Positions 1-11,283 of a DNA stretch of 64,000 nt are shown one piece after another. Below the pieces are notes generated by a model. That model saw only the letters and a list, made by a program, of their open reading frames with translations. It was not told the origin of the DNA and ran no database searches. How positions within the stretch are numbered: the first letter of the stretch is position 1; the number at the start of each line of letters is the position of its first letter. The translations under genes and the position numbers were made by a program. The stretch spans positions 2,112,001-2,176,000 of the forward strand of contig OZ244621.1 in assembly GCA_965218425.1 (NCBI GenBank). The letters run 5' to 3'. This stretch comes from an uncultured Candidatus Binatia bacterium. GTDB taxonomy: Bacteria; Desulfobacterota; Binatia; UBA9968; CAXXLF01.

Positions 1-1
1 C

Positions 2-2008
2 GTCAAATTAAAAAAGAAAATTCCTCCGGAAATGGTGGTGTCCGTTTCGTCCATTGATGATCCGAGTCGACTTGCAGATACCATTGTAGGCCATCTTGGG
101 ATCAAGCTGGAAGAGCGACAGAATCTTCTGGAGATTTTAAACGCTGCGGAGCGGCTCGAAAAGGTATTGGGCCACATGCGAGCCGAGATTGAGATCCTGG
201 AAGTGGAGCGGCGTATTCGTTCCCGAGTGAAAAAGCAGATGGAGCGCTCGCAGAAGGAATACTATCTGAACGAGCAGATGCGTGCGATCCAAAAGGAGCT
301 GGGTGAAAAAGACGAATTTAAAAATGAAATCCAGGAAATCGAAGAAAAGATAAAACAGAAAAAGTTTTCCCAAGAGGCCAGGGAGAAGATTGAAAAGGAG
401 TTGAAAAAACTCAAGATGATGTCTCCCATGTCTGCGGAAGCAACCGTGGTGAGAAACTACCTCGATTGGATTCTTGGTCTGCCCTGGAACGAATACACAG
501 AGGAAAAACTGGATATCAAAGAAGCCGAGAAGGTCCTCGAAGAGGATCATTACGGTCTGGAGAAGGTGAAACTGCGAATCCTTGAGTACCTGGCCGTCCA
601 GAGTCTAGTGGGTAAAATCAAAGGTCCGATTCTATGCCTGGTGGGCCCTCCGGGTGTGGGGAAAACGTCTCTGGGTCGTTCCATTGCCCGCGCCACGGGG
701 AGAAAATTCGTTCGGGTATCCCTGGGCGGGGTACGTGACGAGGCAGAGATCCGGGGACATCGGCGCACCTATATTGGCGCGCTTCCGGGGAAGATCATTC
801 AGAGCATGAAGAAGGCGGGGTCCAGCAATCCTGTTTTTCTCATGGACGAAGTGGATAAAATGTCCATGGATTTCCGGGGTGATCCGTCCTCGGCCCTGCT
901 GGAGGTTTTGGATCCGGAGCAGAATCAAGCTTTTAACGATCATTACCTGGACCTTGATTACGATCTGTCCAAGGTCATGTTCGTGACCACGGCTAACAGT
1001 TTGGATCGGATACCCAGACCTCTTCAAGACCGGATGGAGATTATCCGAATCGCCGGCTACACGGAGTTGGAAAAATTAAATATTGCCAAGAAGTATCTCA
1101 TTGACAAGCAGCGGGAGGCCAACGGGCTAAAGGAAAAAAACATCGTATTGCCGGACAATACCCTCCTGGGGCTTATCCGCCACTATACCAAGGAGGCCGG
1201 GGTCAGAAATTTGGAGCGTGAAATCGCGTCACTGTGTCGGAAGGTTGCAGTGGAGGTGGTTAAGAAAGACCGTGATGCGAAGGTGAATATCGGTGCGCGG
1301 AGCCTCCACAAATTTCTCGGTCCAGTAAAGTATCGATACGGCAGGGCCGAGGAAGAGCACAAGGTTGGCGTGACCACGGGCCTGGCTTGGACGGAGCTGG
1401 GCGGGGAGCTGCTCTCCACGGAAGCGACGATTATGCCTGGCAAGGGACAGTTGATCATCACGGGCAAGTTGGGCGATGTGATGCAAGAATCGGCACAGGC
1501 CGCTATGAGCTACGTACGGTCTCGAGCGGAACTGCTGGGTTTAGAAAAAGACTTTTATCAGAAGGTGGATATTCACATCCACGTGCCTGAGGGGGCCATC
1601 CCCAAGGACGGACCCTCTGCGGGAATTACTATGGCCACTTCCCTTGTCTCTGCCCTCATTCGCACGCCCGTCTGTCACGATCTGGCCATGACAGGAGAAA
1701 TCACTCTAAGAGGAGCGATCCTTCCCATCGGGGGATTAAAGGAGAAGGTGCTGGCGGCTCATCGGGGGGGGATCAAAAGAGTCATTGTCCCTCAGGAGAA
1801 TGAAAAAGACATCGAAGAAATCCCGCAGGTTATTTTAAAGACAGTGGAACTCGAGCTCGTGGCCCACATGGATGATGTGCTGAAGAAGGCCCTTGTCCTT
1901 GAAGATCCCGAGTCTTTTATGAAAAAGAAAACGGATCCGACCGAGGAGCCTCCTCCCTTCGGCGGAAAGGGGCAAGATGAGCCGAGAGCCGATATCTTGC
2001 CGCAATAA
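2..2008 (+). CDS. lon: ATP-dependent Lon protease (5'-partial; frame is open to the window edge)
   Basis: Walker [19 protein letters not shown], catalytic PKDGPSAG and IGGLKEK motifs. Confidence 0.97.
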   Translation, partial: VKLKKKIPPEMVVSVSSIDDPSRLADTIVGHLGIKLEERQNLLEILNAAERLEKVLGHMRAEIEILEVERRIRSRVKKQMERSQKEYYLNEQMRAIQKELGEKDEFKNEIQEIEEKIKQKKFSQEAREKIEKELKKLKMMSPMSAEATVVRNYLDWILGLPWNEYTEEKLDIKEAEKVLEEDHYGLEKVKLRILEYLAVQSLVGKIKGPILCLVGPPGVGKTSLGRSIARATGRKFVRVSLGGVRDEAEIRGHRRTYIGALPGKIIQSMKKAGSSNPVFLMDEVDKMSMDFRGDPSSALLEVLDPEQNQAFNDHYLDLDYDLSKVMFVTTANSLDRIPRPLQDRMEIIRIAGYTELEKLNIAKKYLIDKQREANGLKEKNIVLPDNTLLGLIRHYTKEAGVRNLEREIASLCRKVAVEVVKKDRDAKVNIGARSLHKFLGPVKYRYGRAEEEHKVGVTTGLAWTELGGELLSTEATIMPGKGQLIITGKLGDVMQESAQAAMSYVRSRAELLGLEKDFYQKVDIHIHVPEGAIPKDGPSAGITMATSLVSALIRTPVCHDLAMTGEITLRGAILPIGGLKEKVLAAHRGGIKRVIVPQENEKDIEEIPQVILKTVELELVAHMDDVLKKALVLEDPESFMKKKTDPTEEPPPFGGKGQDEPRADILPQ

Positions 2009-2043
2009 ATGAGCTCCCTTGGTCTCAGGGCTGATTTTTTAAT

Positions 2044-2072
2044 TTGACACTGAGGGGCTCGGTTGTTATAAA
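2044..2072 (+). promoter_or_regulatory. sigma70-type promoter for hup
   Basis: TTGACA-17 nt-TATAAA with an extended -10 TG. Confidence 0.65.
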
Positions 2073-2118
2073 ACATTAAGCTTAACGCGGGATTTCGCAG
2101 AATTGAGGAGTATCATTC

Positions 2119-2391
2119 ATGACAAAAGCGGACTTGATAGAATCTGCCGCAAGCAAGGCGGGGCTCTCTAGGCAAGGCATTGAAGACATAATCAATCAGG
2201 TATTCGACGGTATCGTCTCCGCTTTGAAGAACGGAGACAAAGTCAATATCTCCGGGTTCGGTACATTTTCGGTTTCCCACCGCAAGGCACGAACGGGGAG
2301 AAATCCCAAGACTGGAGAGACGATTCAGATTGCCTCCTCCCGAGCCGCAAAATTTAAGGCTGGCAAGGGTTTAAAAGAGTCCCTCGCATAA
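2119..2391 (+). CDS. hup: DNA-binding protein HU
   Basis: GFGTF and RTGRNPKTGE motifs; 90 aa; follows lon. Confidence 0.95.
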   Translation: MTKADLIESAASKAGLSRQGIEDIINQVFDGIVSALKNGDKVNISGFGTFSVSHRKARTGRNPKTGETIQIASSRAAKFKAGKGLKESLA

Positions 2392-2492
2392 TTCACTCTT
2401 TTTACACTGCTCGTTACCAAAAACCCGGGCAAACGAGAGGCGGCTTGGACTCTGAGTTTTAGCCCTTCGGATAAGGTGTTTGAGCCGAGAGG

Positions 2493-2564
2493 GGGCGGTT
2501 AGCTCAGCGGGAGAGCATCGGCCTTACAAGCCGAGGGTCACAGGTTCAAATCCTGTACCGCCCA
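2493..2564 (+). tRNA. tRNA-Val(TAC)
   Basis: Cloverleaf; anticodon arm TCGGC-CT TAC AA-GCCGA; T-loop GTTCAAATC; CCA not encoded. Confidence 0.95.
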
Positions 2565-2604
2565 TTGTTTATTTATGGTCCGGAGAATGCTATTGACGAG
2601 TGAT

Positions 2605-2681
2605 GGGGTCGTAGTTCAGCTGGTTAGAACGCCGGCCTGTCACGCCGGAGGTCGCGAGTTCGAGTCTCGTCGGCCCCGCCA
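2605..2681 (+). tRNA. tRNA-Asp(GTC)
   Basis: Anticodon arm CCGGC-CT GTC AC-GCCGG; T-loop GTTCGAGTC; ends in CCA. Confidence 0.96.
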
Positions 2682-2703
2682 TTGCTAGTTAGAGTTGAGA
2701 CGT

Positions 2704-2748
2704 CGGTGGGCTAAAAGGCGGATTCGTCTTCTAGCCCACTGAATCTTT
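2704..2748 (+). terminator. Strong hairpin after tRNA-Asp (terminator or processing/leader structure)
   Basis: CGGTGGGCTA...TAGCCCACTG stem; weak T tract. Confidence 0.4.
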
Positions 2749-2760
2749 AGGTTGCTCAAA

Positions 2761-3201
2761 ATGGGTACCCGTCAATTGAATAAAGAAGATGCACTGGCCC
2801 AACGTCAATGGTACATCGTTGATGCGGAGGGCAAAATATTGGGACGGCTCGCCACCGAGGTGGCGAGGGTTTTGAGGGGAAAACATAAGCCGAGCTTTTC
2901 TCCCCATATAGACGGAGGAGATTTTGTTATTGTTGTGAACTCCGGGCGAGTGAGCCTAACCGGGAAAAAGCTCGAACAGAAGACCTATTATCGGCACTCA
3001 GGATATCCCGGGGGGCTTAGGGCCTCCACCGCCGGCAAGTTGTCGGGAACGAACCCAAATGCTATTGTCCAATTGGCCGTCAAGGGTATGTTACCCAAAA
3101 ACCGTTTAGGGAGAGAGTTACTTCGAAAGTTGAAAGTCTATCCTGGACCTGAGCATCCCCATCAGGCCCAAAAACCACAGCCGCTTGTCATTAGCGGTTA
3201 G
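2761..3201 (+). CDS. rplM: 50S ribosomal protein L13
   Basis: [15 protein letters not shown] and RGKHKP motifs. Confidence 0.97.
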   Translation: MGTRQLNKEDALAQRQWYIVDAEGKILGRLATEVARVLRGKHKPSFSPHIDGGDFVIVVNSGRVSLTGKKLEQKTYYRHSGYPGGLRASTAGKLSGTNPNAIVQLAVKGMLPKNRLGRELLRKLKVYPGPEHPHQAQKPQPLVISG

Positions 3202-3212
3202 AGGCCGAGAAG

Positions 3213-3605
3213 ATGGCTGAAGAGACCTATTACGCAACAGGCCGCAGAAAGACTTCAGTGGCCAGGGTTCATTTGAAGGGCGGCAAAGGAGAAATCCTGG
3301 TCAACGAACGTCCTTTAGATGTTTATTTTGGACGAGAAACCGCCCGCCGGATTGTCCTTCAACCATTTGATGTCACCCAAACCGCAGGGAGTTTTGATAT
3401 TCGTGTCAACGTCTGCGGAGGGGGGATTTCAGGACAGGCGGGAGCCATTCGTCATGGGATCACTCGCGCCCTGTTGAAGATGAATCCCGATCTCCGCTCT
3501 CCGTTGAAGAAAGCGGGTTTTGTAACCCGCGACCCCCGTGCCGTGGAGCGCAAGAAATACGGTCTCCACAAAGCACGCAAGCGTCCGCAATACTCTAAAC
3601 GTTGA
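3213..3605 (+). CDS. rpsI: 30S ribosomal protein S9
   Basis: [12 protein letters not shown]-terminal PQYSKR. Confidence 0.97.
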   Translation: MAEETYYATGRRKTSVARVHLKGGKGEILVNERPLDVYFGRETARRIVLQPFDVTQTAGSFDIRVNVCGGGISGQAGAIRHGITRALLKMNPDLRSPLKKAGFVTRDPRAVERKKYGLHKARKRPQYSKR

Positions 3606-4684
3606 GTCCCCTGGCAAGGACTGGGAGAAATCCCAGCAGAAAAGAGGCTGAGCTCCGTGTGGCTGTTTTTGGTGCCACAGGGTACGCGGGGCTGGAGTTG
3701 CTGCGTATCCTCGTGCGTCATCCCAGAGTGGGCTTGACGGTGCTCAGTTCCCAGCAGTATACAGGGAAACGGGTGAGCGAGGTCTACCCGTCCCTGACTG
3801 GAAGATGCGAGCAGGTTCTGGAGAAAGTGAACCTGGCGCGGATGATCTCCCGGTTCGATCTGGCATTTACCGCGCTGCCCCACGAGACCTCCATGGATAT
3901 CGTGCCGGCCCTGCTCAAACATGGCAAGCGGGTCATCGATTTGAGTGCCGACTTCCGCCTCCGGGACGTTCAGGTTTATCGACGCTGGTACCGGCCCCAT
4001 AAGGCCGCCCATCTTTTACGACGGTCGGTTTACGGCCTGACAGAGATTCACAGGAAAGAAATTTCTCAGGCCTCTCTCGTCGCTAATCCTGGGTGTTATC
4101 CCACCGGCGCGGTGCTGGGCCTCGCCCCACTTTTCGCTACTCAATTAATCCAGGGGACTGTCCTCATTGACTCAAAGTCAGGAACCACTGGAGCCGGAAG
4201 AAGTGGCGCCGTGGAGCTCTCCTTCAGCGAGGTTAACGAAAACTTCAAGGCCTATAACGTTGGAGTCCATCGACACGCTCCTGAGATTGAACAGGAGTTG
4301 GGTCGGGTGGCTAAAAAATCAGTCACCGTCCTGTTTGCGCCCCACTTGCTTCCCATTAGCCGTGGCATCCTCTCCACCATGTACGTGGAGCTCAAAAGAT
4401 CTGTGGGCGAGGAGAGACTCGGTAAGATCTATCGGGATTTTTACCGTGGGGAAACCTTTATTCGTGTCTTGCCTCCTGGAGTTCTTCCAGAAACCAAAGA
4501 GGTCCGGGGTTCTAACGACTGCGCCATTGGATTGCGTTACGATTCCCATTCGCGACGGTTGGTGGTGATCACTGCCATTGACAATTTGGTGAAGGGGGCG
4601 GCAGGGCAGGCGGTGCAAAATATGAATTTAATGTATGGATTCCATGAGACGGAAGGGTTACAGGGTGCGGGGCTGGTGCCTTAG
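3602..4684 (+). CDS. argC: N-acetyl-gamma-glutamyl-phosphate reductase (start uncertain)
   Basis: GATGYAG, DLSADFR, ANPGCY and [14 protein letters not shown] motifs. Confidence 0.95.
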   Translation: MSPLARTGRNPSRKEAELRVAVFGATGYAGLELLRILVRHPRVGLTVLSSQQYTGKRVSEVYPSLTGRCEQVLEKVNLARMISRFDLAFTALPHETSMDIVPALLKHGKRVIDLSADFRLRDVQVYRRWYRPHKAAHLLRRSVYGLTEIHRKEISQASLVANPGCYPTGAVLGLAPLFATQLIQGTVLIDSKSGTTGAGRSGAVELSFSEVNENFKAYNVGVHRHAPEIEQELGRVAKKSVTVLFAPHLLPISRGILSTMYVELKRSVGEERLGKIYRDFYRGETFIRVLPPGVLPETKEVRGSNDCAIGLRYDSHSRRLVVITAIDNLVKGAAGQAVQNMNLMYGFHETEGLQGAGLVP

Positions 4685-4726
4685 CGCTTCGAGTGCCTCA
4701 GCACGGTCCTGATCAGGTCGAAGGAC

Positions 4727-5857
4727 TTAGGAGCCGTCTTGTTCTTCCCCGCTAGCAAAGTAACTTCCCACCAGGGCGAGGAGCAGGTTAGGAAACCAAG
4801 CCGCGACCCAGGGCTGAAGCACTCCCTCTTTTCCTAGCGACCAACACAACGATAGAAGGGTGATATGAGGGAGCCCAATGAGCATGGTGAGTCCAAGAGA
4901 CACCGCAATCCCTCCTCTCAATCCCTGTTTGAGGACGAAGGGGATTGCTAGAAAAACCATCAAGGGGGGGATAAAGGGAAAGGCCAACTTCATCTGTATA
5001 TCCGTTTGGTATTCCGTCGTATCGATACCTTTACTGTTCAAGTCATCGATCTGCTTTTTGAGGTCGAATACCGTGAACTCCTCCGGCTTTCGAGCAAGCA
5101 CTTTGAAATCATCGGGTGTCTCGGCAATAGGCAGAACCTTAACGACTTCCTTTTCGGGGCTGAGCTGACCGTTAGAGAGCAAGGTCCACTGGGTGCTTCC
5201 TGACGTTTTCCACTGTGACCCATCCCAACGGGCCCGGGGCGCCTCGATGAACCCTTTGAGGCTGAACTCACGGCTTAGGAGATAGATCACGACTCCCTGA
5301 AGAATGTTTTTCTGCGCGTCGAAATAGTCGGTGCTAATAAAAGCGTCCTTCCCACGAATCCAGATTCCTCTGTCTCCAAACATGGTCTGGGGGTTGTTCT
5401 TCTTGACTTCCACCGTGTAAATGTAGTGGGCCTTACGTGTGAACAGCGGAACCAAACTCTCCATCCATAAAAAGGACATGAGGCCGATGAGGAGTGAGGT
5501 GAGCAACAGGGGGAGAGAAAGGCGGCGCAGGCTAAGCCCGGCAGCGCGCATGGCGGTGATCTCTTGGCTGCGCTGCAGTAGGCCGAGGCAAAACAGGGAC
5601 GAGAAAAGAGCGGCAAACCCGAACACCTGGGAGAGCAGGAAAGGGATCTTATAGAGAAAGTATCGGATCATCGCGGAGATGGTAGCCCCGGCTTCCAACA
5701 ACCTTCCTAGGTGGTCGAAGAAATCCACGATCAAGTATATGACCACGATACACAAGAGGGTGACCATAAAGGTGGTTAAGAAATATTTGACTACATAGTG
5801 GTCGAGGATGCTCCCCAGCGGCATGGATGTCGTCCGCTTTGCTTGCACTGCGTTCAA
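4727..5857 (-). CDS. lptG: LPS export ABC transporter permease LptG (start may be ATG at 5824)
   Basis: YjgP/YjgQ family pattern EITAMRAAGLS; tandem with lptF. Confidence 0.85.
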   Translation of the reverse strand: MNAVQAKRTTSMPLGSILDHYVVKYFLTTFMVTLLCIVVIYLIVDFFDHLGRLLEAGATISAMIRYFLYKIPFLLSQVFGFAALFSSLFCLGLLQRSQEITAMRAAGLSLRRLSLPLLLTSLLIGLMSFLWMESLVPLFTRKAHYIYTVEVKKNNPQTMFGDRGIWIRGKDAFISTDYFDAQKNILQGVVIYLLSREFSLKGFIEAPRARWDGSQWKTSGSTQWTLLSNGQLSPEKEVVKVLPIAETPDDFKVLARKPEEFTVFDLKKQIDDLNSKGIDTTEYQTDIQMKLAFPFIPPLMVFLAIPFVLKQGLRGGIAVSLGLTMLIGLPHITLLSLCWSLGKEGVLQPWVAAWFPNLLLALVGSYFASGEEQDGS

Positions 5858-5858
5858 C

Positions 5859-7052
5859 TCAAGAAGCCCCCCTGTGCTTTGGTATTAAGCTGCGAAGCAA
5901 CATTGAGGATTTCCTCTGCAAGCCCTCCCCGAACCAGGGTGGAGATTCTCTCAAGGCCCTGATAAAGAAATGGATGGCCACTAGGCCCACCAGGAGGTTG
6001 GGGAGCCACAGGGCCAGCACGGGAGGGAGCATCTCTCTTTCTGCTAGAGCTTTCCCTGCGGTGAGCAAAGCGTAGTAGAGGAGCAACCAAAAGAGACAGG
6101 ACGCTAGGCCCCAAAAGCGGCCCTGACGAGAAGGGGCCGGCATCAGTACCAAGGCCACTCCGAGCAAGCTAAAGACCAGCGGGGCAAACGGAAAAGAAAA
6201 CCTCTCATGGAAATCCATGATTTCGCTAATGGGGTTGAGCCCCCGAGCTTGTTTGCTGCGGATCGACTCCCTCAATTGCCGAACTGACATCTCCGAGGGA
6301 TCCTGCTCGCGTTGCTTTATCAGGTTGACGGTCTCTTCCAGATCAAGATTGAAGTTATATACATTGAAATGAGTTTGACTAAAGACGGATCGACTCTTTT
6401 CTTTTTCATGAATGACGCCGTCAAAGAGCTTCAGGCTGAGGGTAGCGGTTTCCTCATTGGATAAAAAAAGTGCCACTTTGCCAAAGATAACGGTTTCCCG
6501 TGTTGGATTCCGCCTGTCCACAATGAGCACGCCTTGGGAGGTATTGCCAGGCGGGATTACTTCCTCCACGTAAATCAGGACCTGAGGGAAGTCGCTGTTA
6601 AATACATTTTCCTTGAGGGCCGTCGCCACATGGCTTTTTGCGATGTTGTACAGCTCTTGCTTGAGTGCGAGATTGGCGGCAGGGCGCACCGACGTAGTAA
6701 TCACAAGTGTGAGAAGGGAAACAAAAAGAGCAACCATTCCAATGGGCCAAAGGACTTGAAAGGGGCTTATCCCGGAAGCCTTGAGAGCGAGAATCTCGTG
6801 ATCATTGGAGAGTCCAGCGAGCCCTACCAGTATCCCCAGTAGGAGGGCCATGGGTACGGTCATCTCCAGGAAGGTCGGTAGGATGAAGGCGAAAAGCTTA
6901 CCAGTTTGGGTTAAGGAAACCCCGCGGGTGACGAGGAGCTCAACGAGTTTTAAAATGCGGGCCGTGAGCAGGATGAAGGTAAACGCCATGAGACCCAAGA
7001 AAAAAGGTGGGAGGATCTCTGAGACCACGTAAAAGCTGAGGGTCCGTTTCAC
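5859..7052 (-). CDS. lptF: LPS export ABC transporter permease LptF
   Basis: LSNDHEILALKASGIS motif; transmembrane segments at both ends; AxWLPN-like C-terminus. Confidence 0.88.
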   Translation of the reverse strand: MKRTLSFYVVSEILPPFFLGLMAFTFILLTARILKLVELLVTRGVSLTQTGKLFAFILPTFLEMTVPMALLLGILVGLAGLSNDHEILALKASGISPFQVLWPIGMVALFVSLLTLVITTSVRPAANLALKQELYNIAKSHVATALKENVFNSDFPQVLIYVEEVIPPGNTSQGVLIVDRRNPTRETVIFGKVALFLSNEETATLSLKLFDGVIHEKEKSRSVFSQTHFNVYNFNLDLEETVNLIKQREQDPSEMSVRQLRESIRSKQARGLNPISEIMDFHERFSFPFAPLVFSLLGVALVLMPAPSRQGRFWGLASCLFWLLLYYALLTAGKALAEREMLPPVLALWLPNLLVGLVAIHFFIRALRESPPWFGEGLQRKSSMLLRSLIPKHRGAS

Positions 7053-7145
7053 TGTGTGTCCATGTTAACTGGTACATCCTTCATTGTAAAATAGAGGCTA
7101 AGGTATTTGAATCTTTCAGTTGAGTCACGGAATCGGAAAAAGACG

Positions 7146-7334
7146 ACTCAAGCCAAAACGCGAAGTCCGAAGCAAAATCAGCCGGCAGTGAGCAGATGGC
7201 AGCGGGCGGCAATTCGGACTGCGGATTAATGAGCCAGCAGGCAGTAAGAGACCAACCCTTCCGCTGGGTTTTTTAAATTCAGAATTGCCTACTGCCATCC
7301 GCCTACTAGTTTCACCTGGCGTCTTGGCGCGAGA
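7146..7334. repeat. MITE-like palindromic element with ~20 bp terminal inverted repeats and a GGCAG(T/C)N heptamer core
   Basis: Left end ACTCAAGCCAAAACGCGAAG; right end (reverse complement) TCTCGCGCCAAGACGCCAGG; each matches 48693-48712 at 16/20 by manual alignment. Confidence 0.6.
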
Positions 7335-7400
7335 TTCTCCTACGCTAAGGCTTCGGAGAATCCTTCGGTAAAAGACTAATTGTAGAAAGAGGAGTATTGG

Positions 7401-8159
7401 GTGGTTCGAGAAAACGACTCTGTCTACCTGTTTGGGGTCCATTCGGTGATGGAAAAACTGAAAGGCGCTTCCTCTGAGGTGATAGAGGTATTCATCGCCA
7501 AGGGGCATCGGCGAGGGCCGCTCAAGTCCATAGAACAGGAAGCCAAACGCCGTGGGGTACCCGTAAACTCGTTGGACAGAGCCGAATTAAGCAGGTTGGT
7601 GCAAGGGGAGGAGAAACATCAAGGAGTGGTGGCCAAGGTATTCTCGTATATTTATACCGACTTCGATGCCCTACTTGGAGAGCCGCCCAGCGCTGATGGA
7701 CATCGTTGGATACTTGCCTTGGATGGTGTAACCGATCCGCGAAATTTCGGCAGTCTGCTACGGACCGCAGAAGGGGCGGGGGTTCGAGATGTGATCATTG
7801 CGAAGGATCGCTCCGTAGGTGTTACCCCTGTGGTTGTCAAGGCATCGGCGGGGGCCGTGTCGTACCTCAGCACCTATCGAGTTACCAATTTACGACGTGC
7901 GATCCAGGAGCTCAAGGCAATGGGCTATTGGGTCGTTGGGCTAGATGCACAGGCAAAAGACGCTATATTTTCAAAGGTTTATCCTGACAGGCTGGTGGTG
8001 CTTCTGGGTAGCGAGGGATCGGGAATTCGCCCCCTACTCCGAGAAGAGTGTGATTTTCTCGTGTCGGTCCCCATGTTGGGTAGGGTCGAATCACTAAATG
8101 TAGCGGTTTCCGCGGGTATGTTCCTTTACGAATTGGTGAGGCAAAAGCTTGGTGCTTAA
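7401..8159 (+). CDS. rlmB: 23S rRNA (guanosine-2251-2'-O)-methyltransferase RlmB
   Basis: HQGVVA, LDGVTDPRNFG, GSEGSG and SLNVAVS SPOUT motifs. Confidence 0.92.
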   Translation: MVRENDSVYLFGVHSVMEKLKGASSEVIEVFIAKGHRRGPLKSIEQEAKRRGVPVNSLDRAELSRLVQGEEKHQGVVAKVFSYIYTDFDALLGEPPSADGHRWILALDGVTDPRNFGSLLRTAEGAGVRDVIIAKDRSVGVTPVVVKASAGAVSYLSTYRVTNLRRAIQELKAMGYWVVGLDAQAKDAIFSKVYPDRLVVLLGSEGSGIRPLLREECDFLVSVPMLGRVESLNVAVSAGMFLYELVRQKLGA

Positions 8160-8416
8160 AGGAGTTGTGGCCCGAATTGGCGCCCATTTAGGTCCATTTG
8201 AGGATTTCTGTGAAAAAATATGGCCAAGACTATTGACAAGGATTCCCAAAGATGATTAAAAGACAGTATAAAAAGGGTTAAGTGTGCTAAATCCTTGTCA
8301 TTTGTCCTAACGACCAAGGATTCTTCCCTGATATAATTAGGGTGTTCTGCTTCTCCATGACCGTTTTTTCACGGTATGGTAGAGGAAAAGGCGCGGGTGC
8401 AATTTTTTCCTCAGAA

Positions 8417-8491
8417 GCTGGCGTAGCTCAACGGCAGAGCAGCTGATTTGTAATCAGCAGGTTGTAGGTTCAACTCCTATCGCCAGCTCCA
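8417..8491 (+). tRNA. tRNA-Thr(TGT)
   Basis: Anticodon arm GCTGA-TT TGT AA-TCAGC; ends in CCA. Confidence 0.96.
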
Positions 8492-8551
8492 GGTTGTGGG
8501 GTTAATTTTTTACCGATAGAAATTTGGCGGATTTGAGTACCAGGCTGACGA

Positions 8552-8637
<86 letters not shown>

Positions 8638-8690
8638 TTAGTGTGAAGGCTGTAAGGCGAATCCAAGCAAGGATGCTATTGGACATTTTC

Positions 8691-8767
8691 GCGGGAATAG
8701 CTCAGTTGGCTAGAGCACGAGCCTTCCAAGCTCGGGGTCGCGGGTTCGAATCCCGTTTCCCGCTCCA
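8691..8767 (+). tRNA. tRNA-Gly(TCC)
   Basis: Anticodon arm CGAGC-CT TCC AA-GCTCG; ends in CCA. Confidence 0.96.
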
Positions 8768-8855
8768 AATTGGGATTGGCGTCGAGCAGGTGACGGTTCT
8801 TTTCTCCCGAGGCGGGTTGAGTCAACAACATCTGCCACCAGATTTCGATTGAAGC

Positions 8856-8928
8856 GCCCAGGTAGCTCAGTCGGTAGAGCACGTCCTTGGTAAGGACGAG
8901 GTCGGCGGTTCAAGCCCGCTCCTGGGCT
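8856..8928 (+). tRNA. tRNA-Thr(GGT)
   Basis: Anticodon arm GTCCT-T GGT A-AGGAC; CCA not encoded; completes the classic Thr-Tyr-Gly-Thr-tuf cluster. Confidence 0.95.
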
Positions 8929-9023
8929 TTGCCTTAAAAGCCGTGAACTAGGAACGCCGCGCGAGAAACTGAAAGAGAAAGCCACATTGAGCAATTCAGG
9001 ATGACAAATTGTAGGAGGGAAGG

Positions 9024-10214
9024 ATGAGCAAGGCAAAGTTTGAGAGGAAGAAACCCCATCTCAATATTGGAACTATCGGCCATGTGGATCACGGTAAAAC
9101 CACGCTGACCACGTCCATCACCAAAGTACTGGAAAAGAAGGGAATGGCTAAGTACATGGCCTACGACCAAATTGATAAGGCTCCAGAGGAGAGGGAAAGG
9201 GGGCTCACCATCAATATCGCTCATGTAGAGTATGAAACCGACAACCGGCATTATGCCCACGTGGATTGTCCGGGCCACGCCGACTATGTAAAGAACATGA
9301 TCACGGGCGCAGCGCAGATGGACGGCGCCATTCTGGTGGTCTCCGCGGCCGACGGTCCCATGCCGCAGACTCGCGAGCATATACTGCTTGCGCGCCAAGT
9401 GGGCGTTCCCTCCATTGTAGTATTCCTCAATAAGGCGGACATGGTTGATGACAAAGAGCTGCTCGAGCTCGTGGAATTGGAAGTTCGAGAGTTGTTGTCC
9501 AAATATCAATTTCTCGGAGACGAAATTCCCGTCATCATAGGAAGCGCTTTAAAGGCCGCCGAAGGGGACGTGGGAGATATGGGGGAAGGGGCCATCATAA
9601 AATTGATGGAAGCGGTAGACAGCTACATTCCAGAACCTACGCGTGACGTCGATAAACCATTTATTATGCCCGTGGAGGACGTTTTTACAATCAGTGGCCG
9701 TGGTACCGTAGTGACCGGCAGGGTGGAGAGGGGCATTATCAAGGTCGGCGAAGAAGTGGAAATTGTAGGGTTCAAGGATACTAAAAAAACTGTAGCCACA
9801 GGGGTGGAAATGTTCCGCAAACTCCTCGATCAGGGTCAGGCGGGCGACAACGTCGGAGTGCTCTTGAGGGGCATCAAACGGGAAGAAGTGGAGCGGGGTC
9901 AGGTGCTGGCCAAACCGGGGAGTATCACTCCTCACACGAAGTTCAATGCGGAGGCCTACATTCTGACCAAGGAGGAGGGTGGAAGGCACACGCCATTTTT
10001 TAACGGATACCGTCCCCAATTCTACGTTCGCACCACCGATGTTACCGGTGTGACCAAGTTGCCGGAAGGTACCGAGATGGTGATGCCTGGAGACAACGTG
10101 ACCATGGAAGTTGATCTCATTACACCCGTGGCCATGGAAGAGGGGTTGAGATTTGCCATACGTGAAGGGGGACGGACCGTCGGTGCAGGGGTTGTGACCA
10201 AGATCCTTCAATAA
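9024..10214 (+). CDS. tuf: Elongation factor Tu
   Basis: [25 protein letters not shown] and [10 protein letters not shown] motifs. Confidence 0.99.
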   Translation: MSKAKFERKKPHLNIGTIGHVDHGKTTLTTSITKVLEKKGMAKYMAYDQIDKAPEERERGLTINIAHVEYETDNRHYAHVDCPGHADYVKNMITGAAQMDGAILVVSAADGPMPQTREHILLARQVGVPSIVVFLNKADMVDDKELLELVELEVRELLSKYQFLGDEIPVIIGSALKAAEGDVGDMGEGAIIKLMEAVDSYIPEPTRDVDKPFIMPVEDVFTISGRGTVVTGRVERGIIKVGEEVEIVGFKDTKKTVATGVEMFRKLLDQGQAGDNVGVLLRGIKREEVERGQVLAKPGSITPHTKFNAEAYILTKEEGGRHTPFFNGYRPQFYVRTTDVTGVTKLPEGTEMVMPGDNVTMEVDLITPVAMEEGLRFAIREGGRTVGAGVVTKILQ

Positions 10215-10234
10215 GGTGAACGGAGGGAGAGATC

Positions 10235-10387
10235 ATGCGAGATTTAATTGGGTTTGCTTGTGACCAGTGCAAGGGAAAGAATTACACCAGGACAAAAAAC
10301 AAAAAGAGGACCACGGACAAATTATCTCTGAAGAAGTTCTGTCCTTCCTGTCGGACCCACACCGTGCACAAAGAAGTTAAGTTGTAA
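10235..10387 (+). CDS. rpmG: 50S ribosomal protein L33 (zinc-binding form; not in ORF track)
   Basis: Manual translation MRDLIGFACDQCKGKNYTRTKNKKRTTDKLSLKKFCPSCRTHTVHKEVKL; SD GGAGG. Confidence 0.95.
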   Translation: MRDLIGFACDQCKGKNYTRTKNKKRTTDKLSLKKFCPSCRTHTVHKEVKL

Positions 10388-10403
10388 CAGTGAAGAGAGT
10401 TTG

Positions 10404-10481
10404 GGGTCAGTAGCTCCAACTGGCTAGAGCGCCGGACTCCAAATCCGGTTGTTGCAGGTTCGAATCCTGCCTGACCCGCCA
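10404..10481 (+). tRNA. tRNA-Trp(CCA)
   Basis: Anticodon arm CCGGA-CT CCA AA-TCCGG; ends in CCA; canonical position before secE. Confidence 0.95.
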
Positions 10482-10503
10482 AAACGTCGCGTTCGGCGGA
10501 CTC

Positions 10504-10719
10504 ATGGGAGATTGGATAAGCAACGTCAAAAATAGTTTCCGAAAGGCGACCACCTTTTTTAAGGAGGCTTGGCAAGAATTAAAGCGGGTCCACTGGCCGA
10601 CCCGAAAGGAAACCTATGCGGCAACATCGGTGGTTCTCGTCCTGGTTCTGATCATCGCCTTATATCTGGCGCTAGTGGATCTTGGCTTGACCCGGGCCGT
10701 TCAGGCGCTGCTCAGTTGA
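10504..10719 (+). CDS. secE: Preprotein translocase subunit SecE
   Basis: ELKRVHWPTRKET followed by one transmembrane helix. Confidence 0.95.
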   Translation: MGDWISNVKNSFRKATTFFKEAWQELKRVHWPTRKETYAATSVVLVLVLIIALYLALVDLGLTRAVQALLS

Positions 10720-10740
10720 ATCATTGATGTATCCCCTTTG

Positions 10741-11271
10741 ATGTCTATGAAATGGTACGTGGTACATACGTTTTCGGGTTTTGAACATAAGGCCAAGGCC
10801 GCCTTGGAGGAACGGATCAAGACCTTGGGCAAGCAGGACCAGTTTGGTGAGATTCTGGTGCCTGTGGAGAAGGTGATGGAGCTTGTCAAGGGAAAGAAGA
10901 AAACCTCATCGAGGAAGTTCTTTCCAGGCTACATCCTCGTCCAAATGGAGATGAGCGATGAAACTTGGCACGTTGTAAAGGGGACTCCTAAGGTCACAGG
11001 ATTTGTCGGGGGAAACACACAACCCCCGTCGGTAAGCGATGAGGGGATTAAAGAAATTACGCAACAGATGGAGGAAGGAGCCGCCAAACCCAGACCCCGA
11101 GTGGTTTACTCCGCGGGGGAGAACGTCAAGGTTGTGGATGGGCCTTTTTCGGATTTTAACGGGGTGGTAGAGGAAGTCAGGCTGGAAAAAGGCAAACTCA
11201 GGGTTCTCATCAGTATTTTCGGACGGGCGACTCCGGTGGAACTGGATTTTGTTCAGGTGGAGCGGAGTTGA
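10741..11271 (+). CDS. nusG: Transcription termination/antitermination factor NusG
   Basis: [16 protein letters not shown] and KOW GPFSDF motifs. Confidence 0.97.
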   Translation: MSMKWYVVHTFSGFEHKAKAALEERIKTLGKQDQFGEILVPVEKVMELVKGKKKTSSRKFFPGYILVQMEMSDETWHVVKGTPKVTGFVGGNTQPPSVSDEGIKEITQQMEEGAAKPRPRVVYSAGENVKVVDGPFSDFNGVVEEVRLEKGKLRVLISIFGRATPVELDFVQVERS

Positions 11272-11283
11272 GATTAGGAAATG

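Noticed and set aside
7125..7508. 127 aa minus-strand ORF
   Set aside because: It overlaps the rlmB start and the repeat element, and shows no family motif
8786..8840. GCAGGTG...CATCTGC-CACCA, an acceptor-stem-like pairing between tRNA-Gly and tRNA-Thr
   Set aside because: Only 55 nt, with no T-loop or anticodon arm; probably a spacer hairpin
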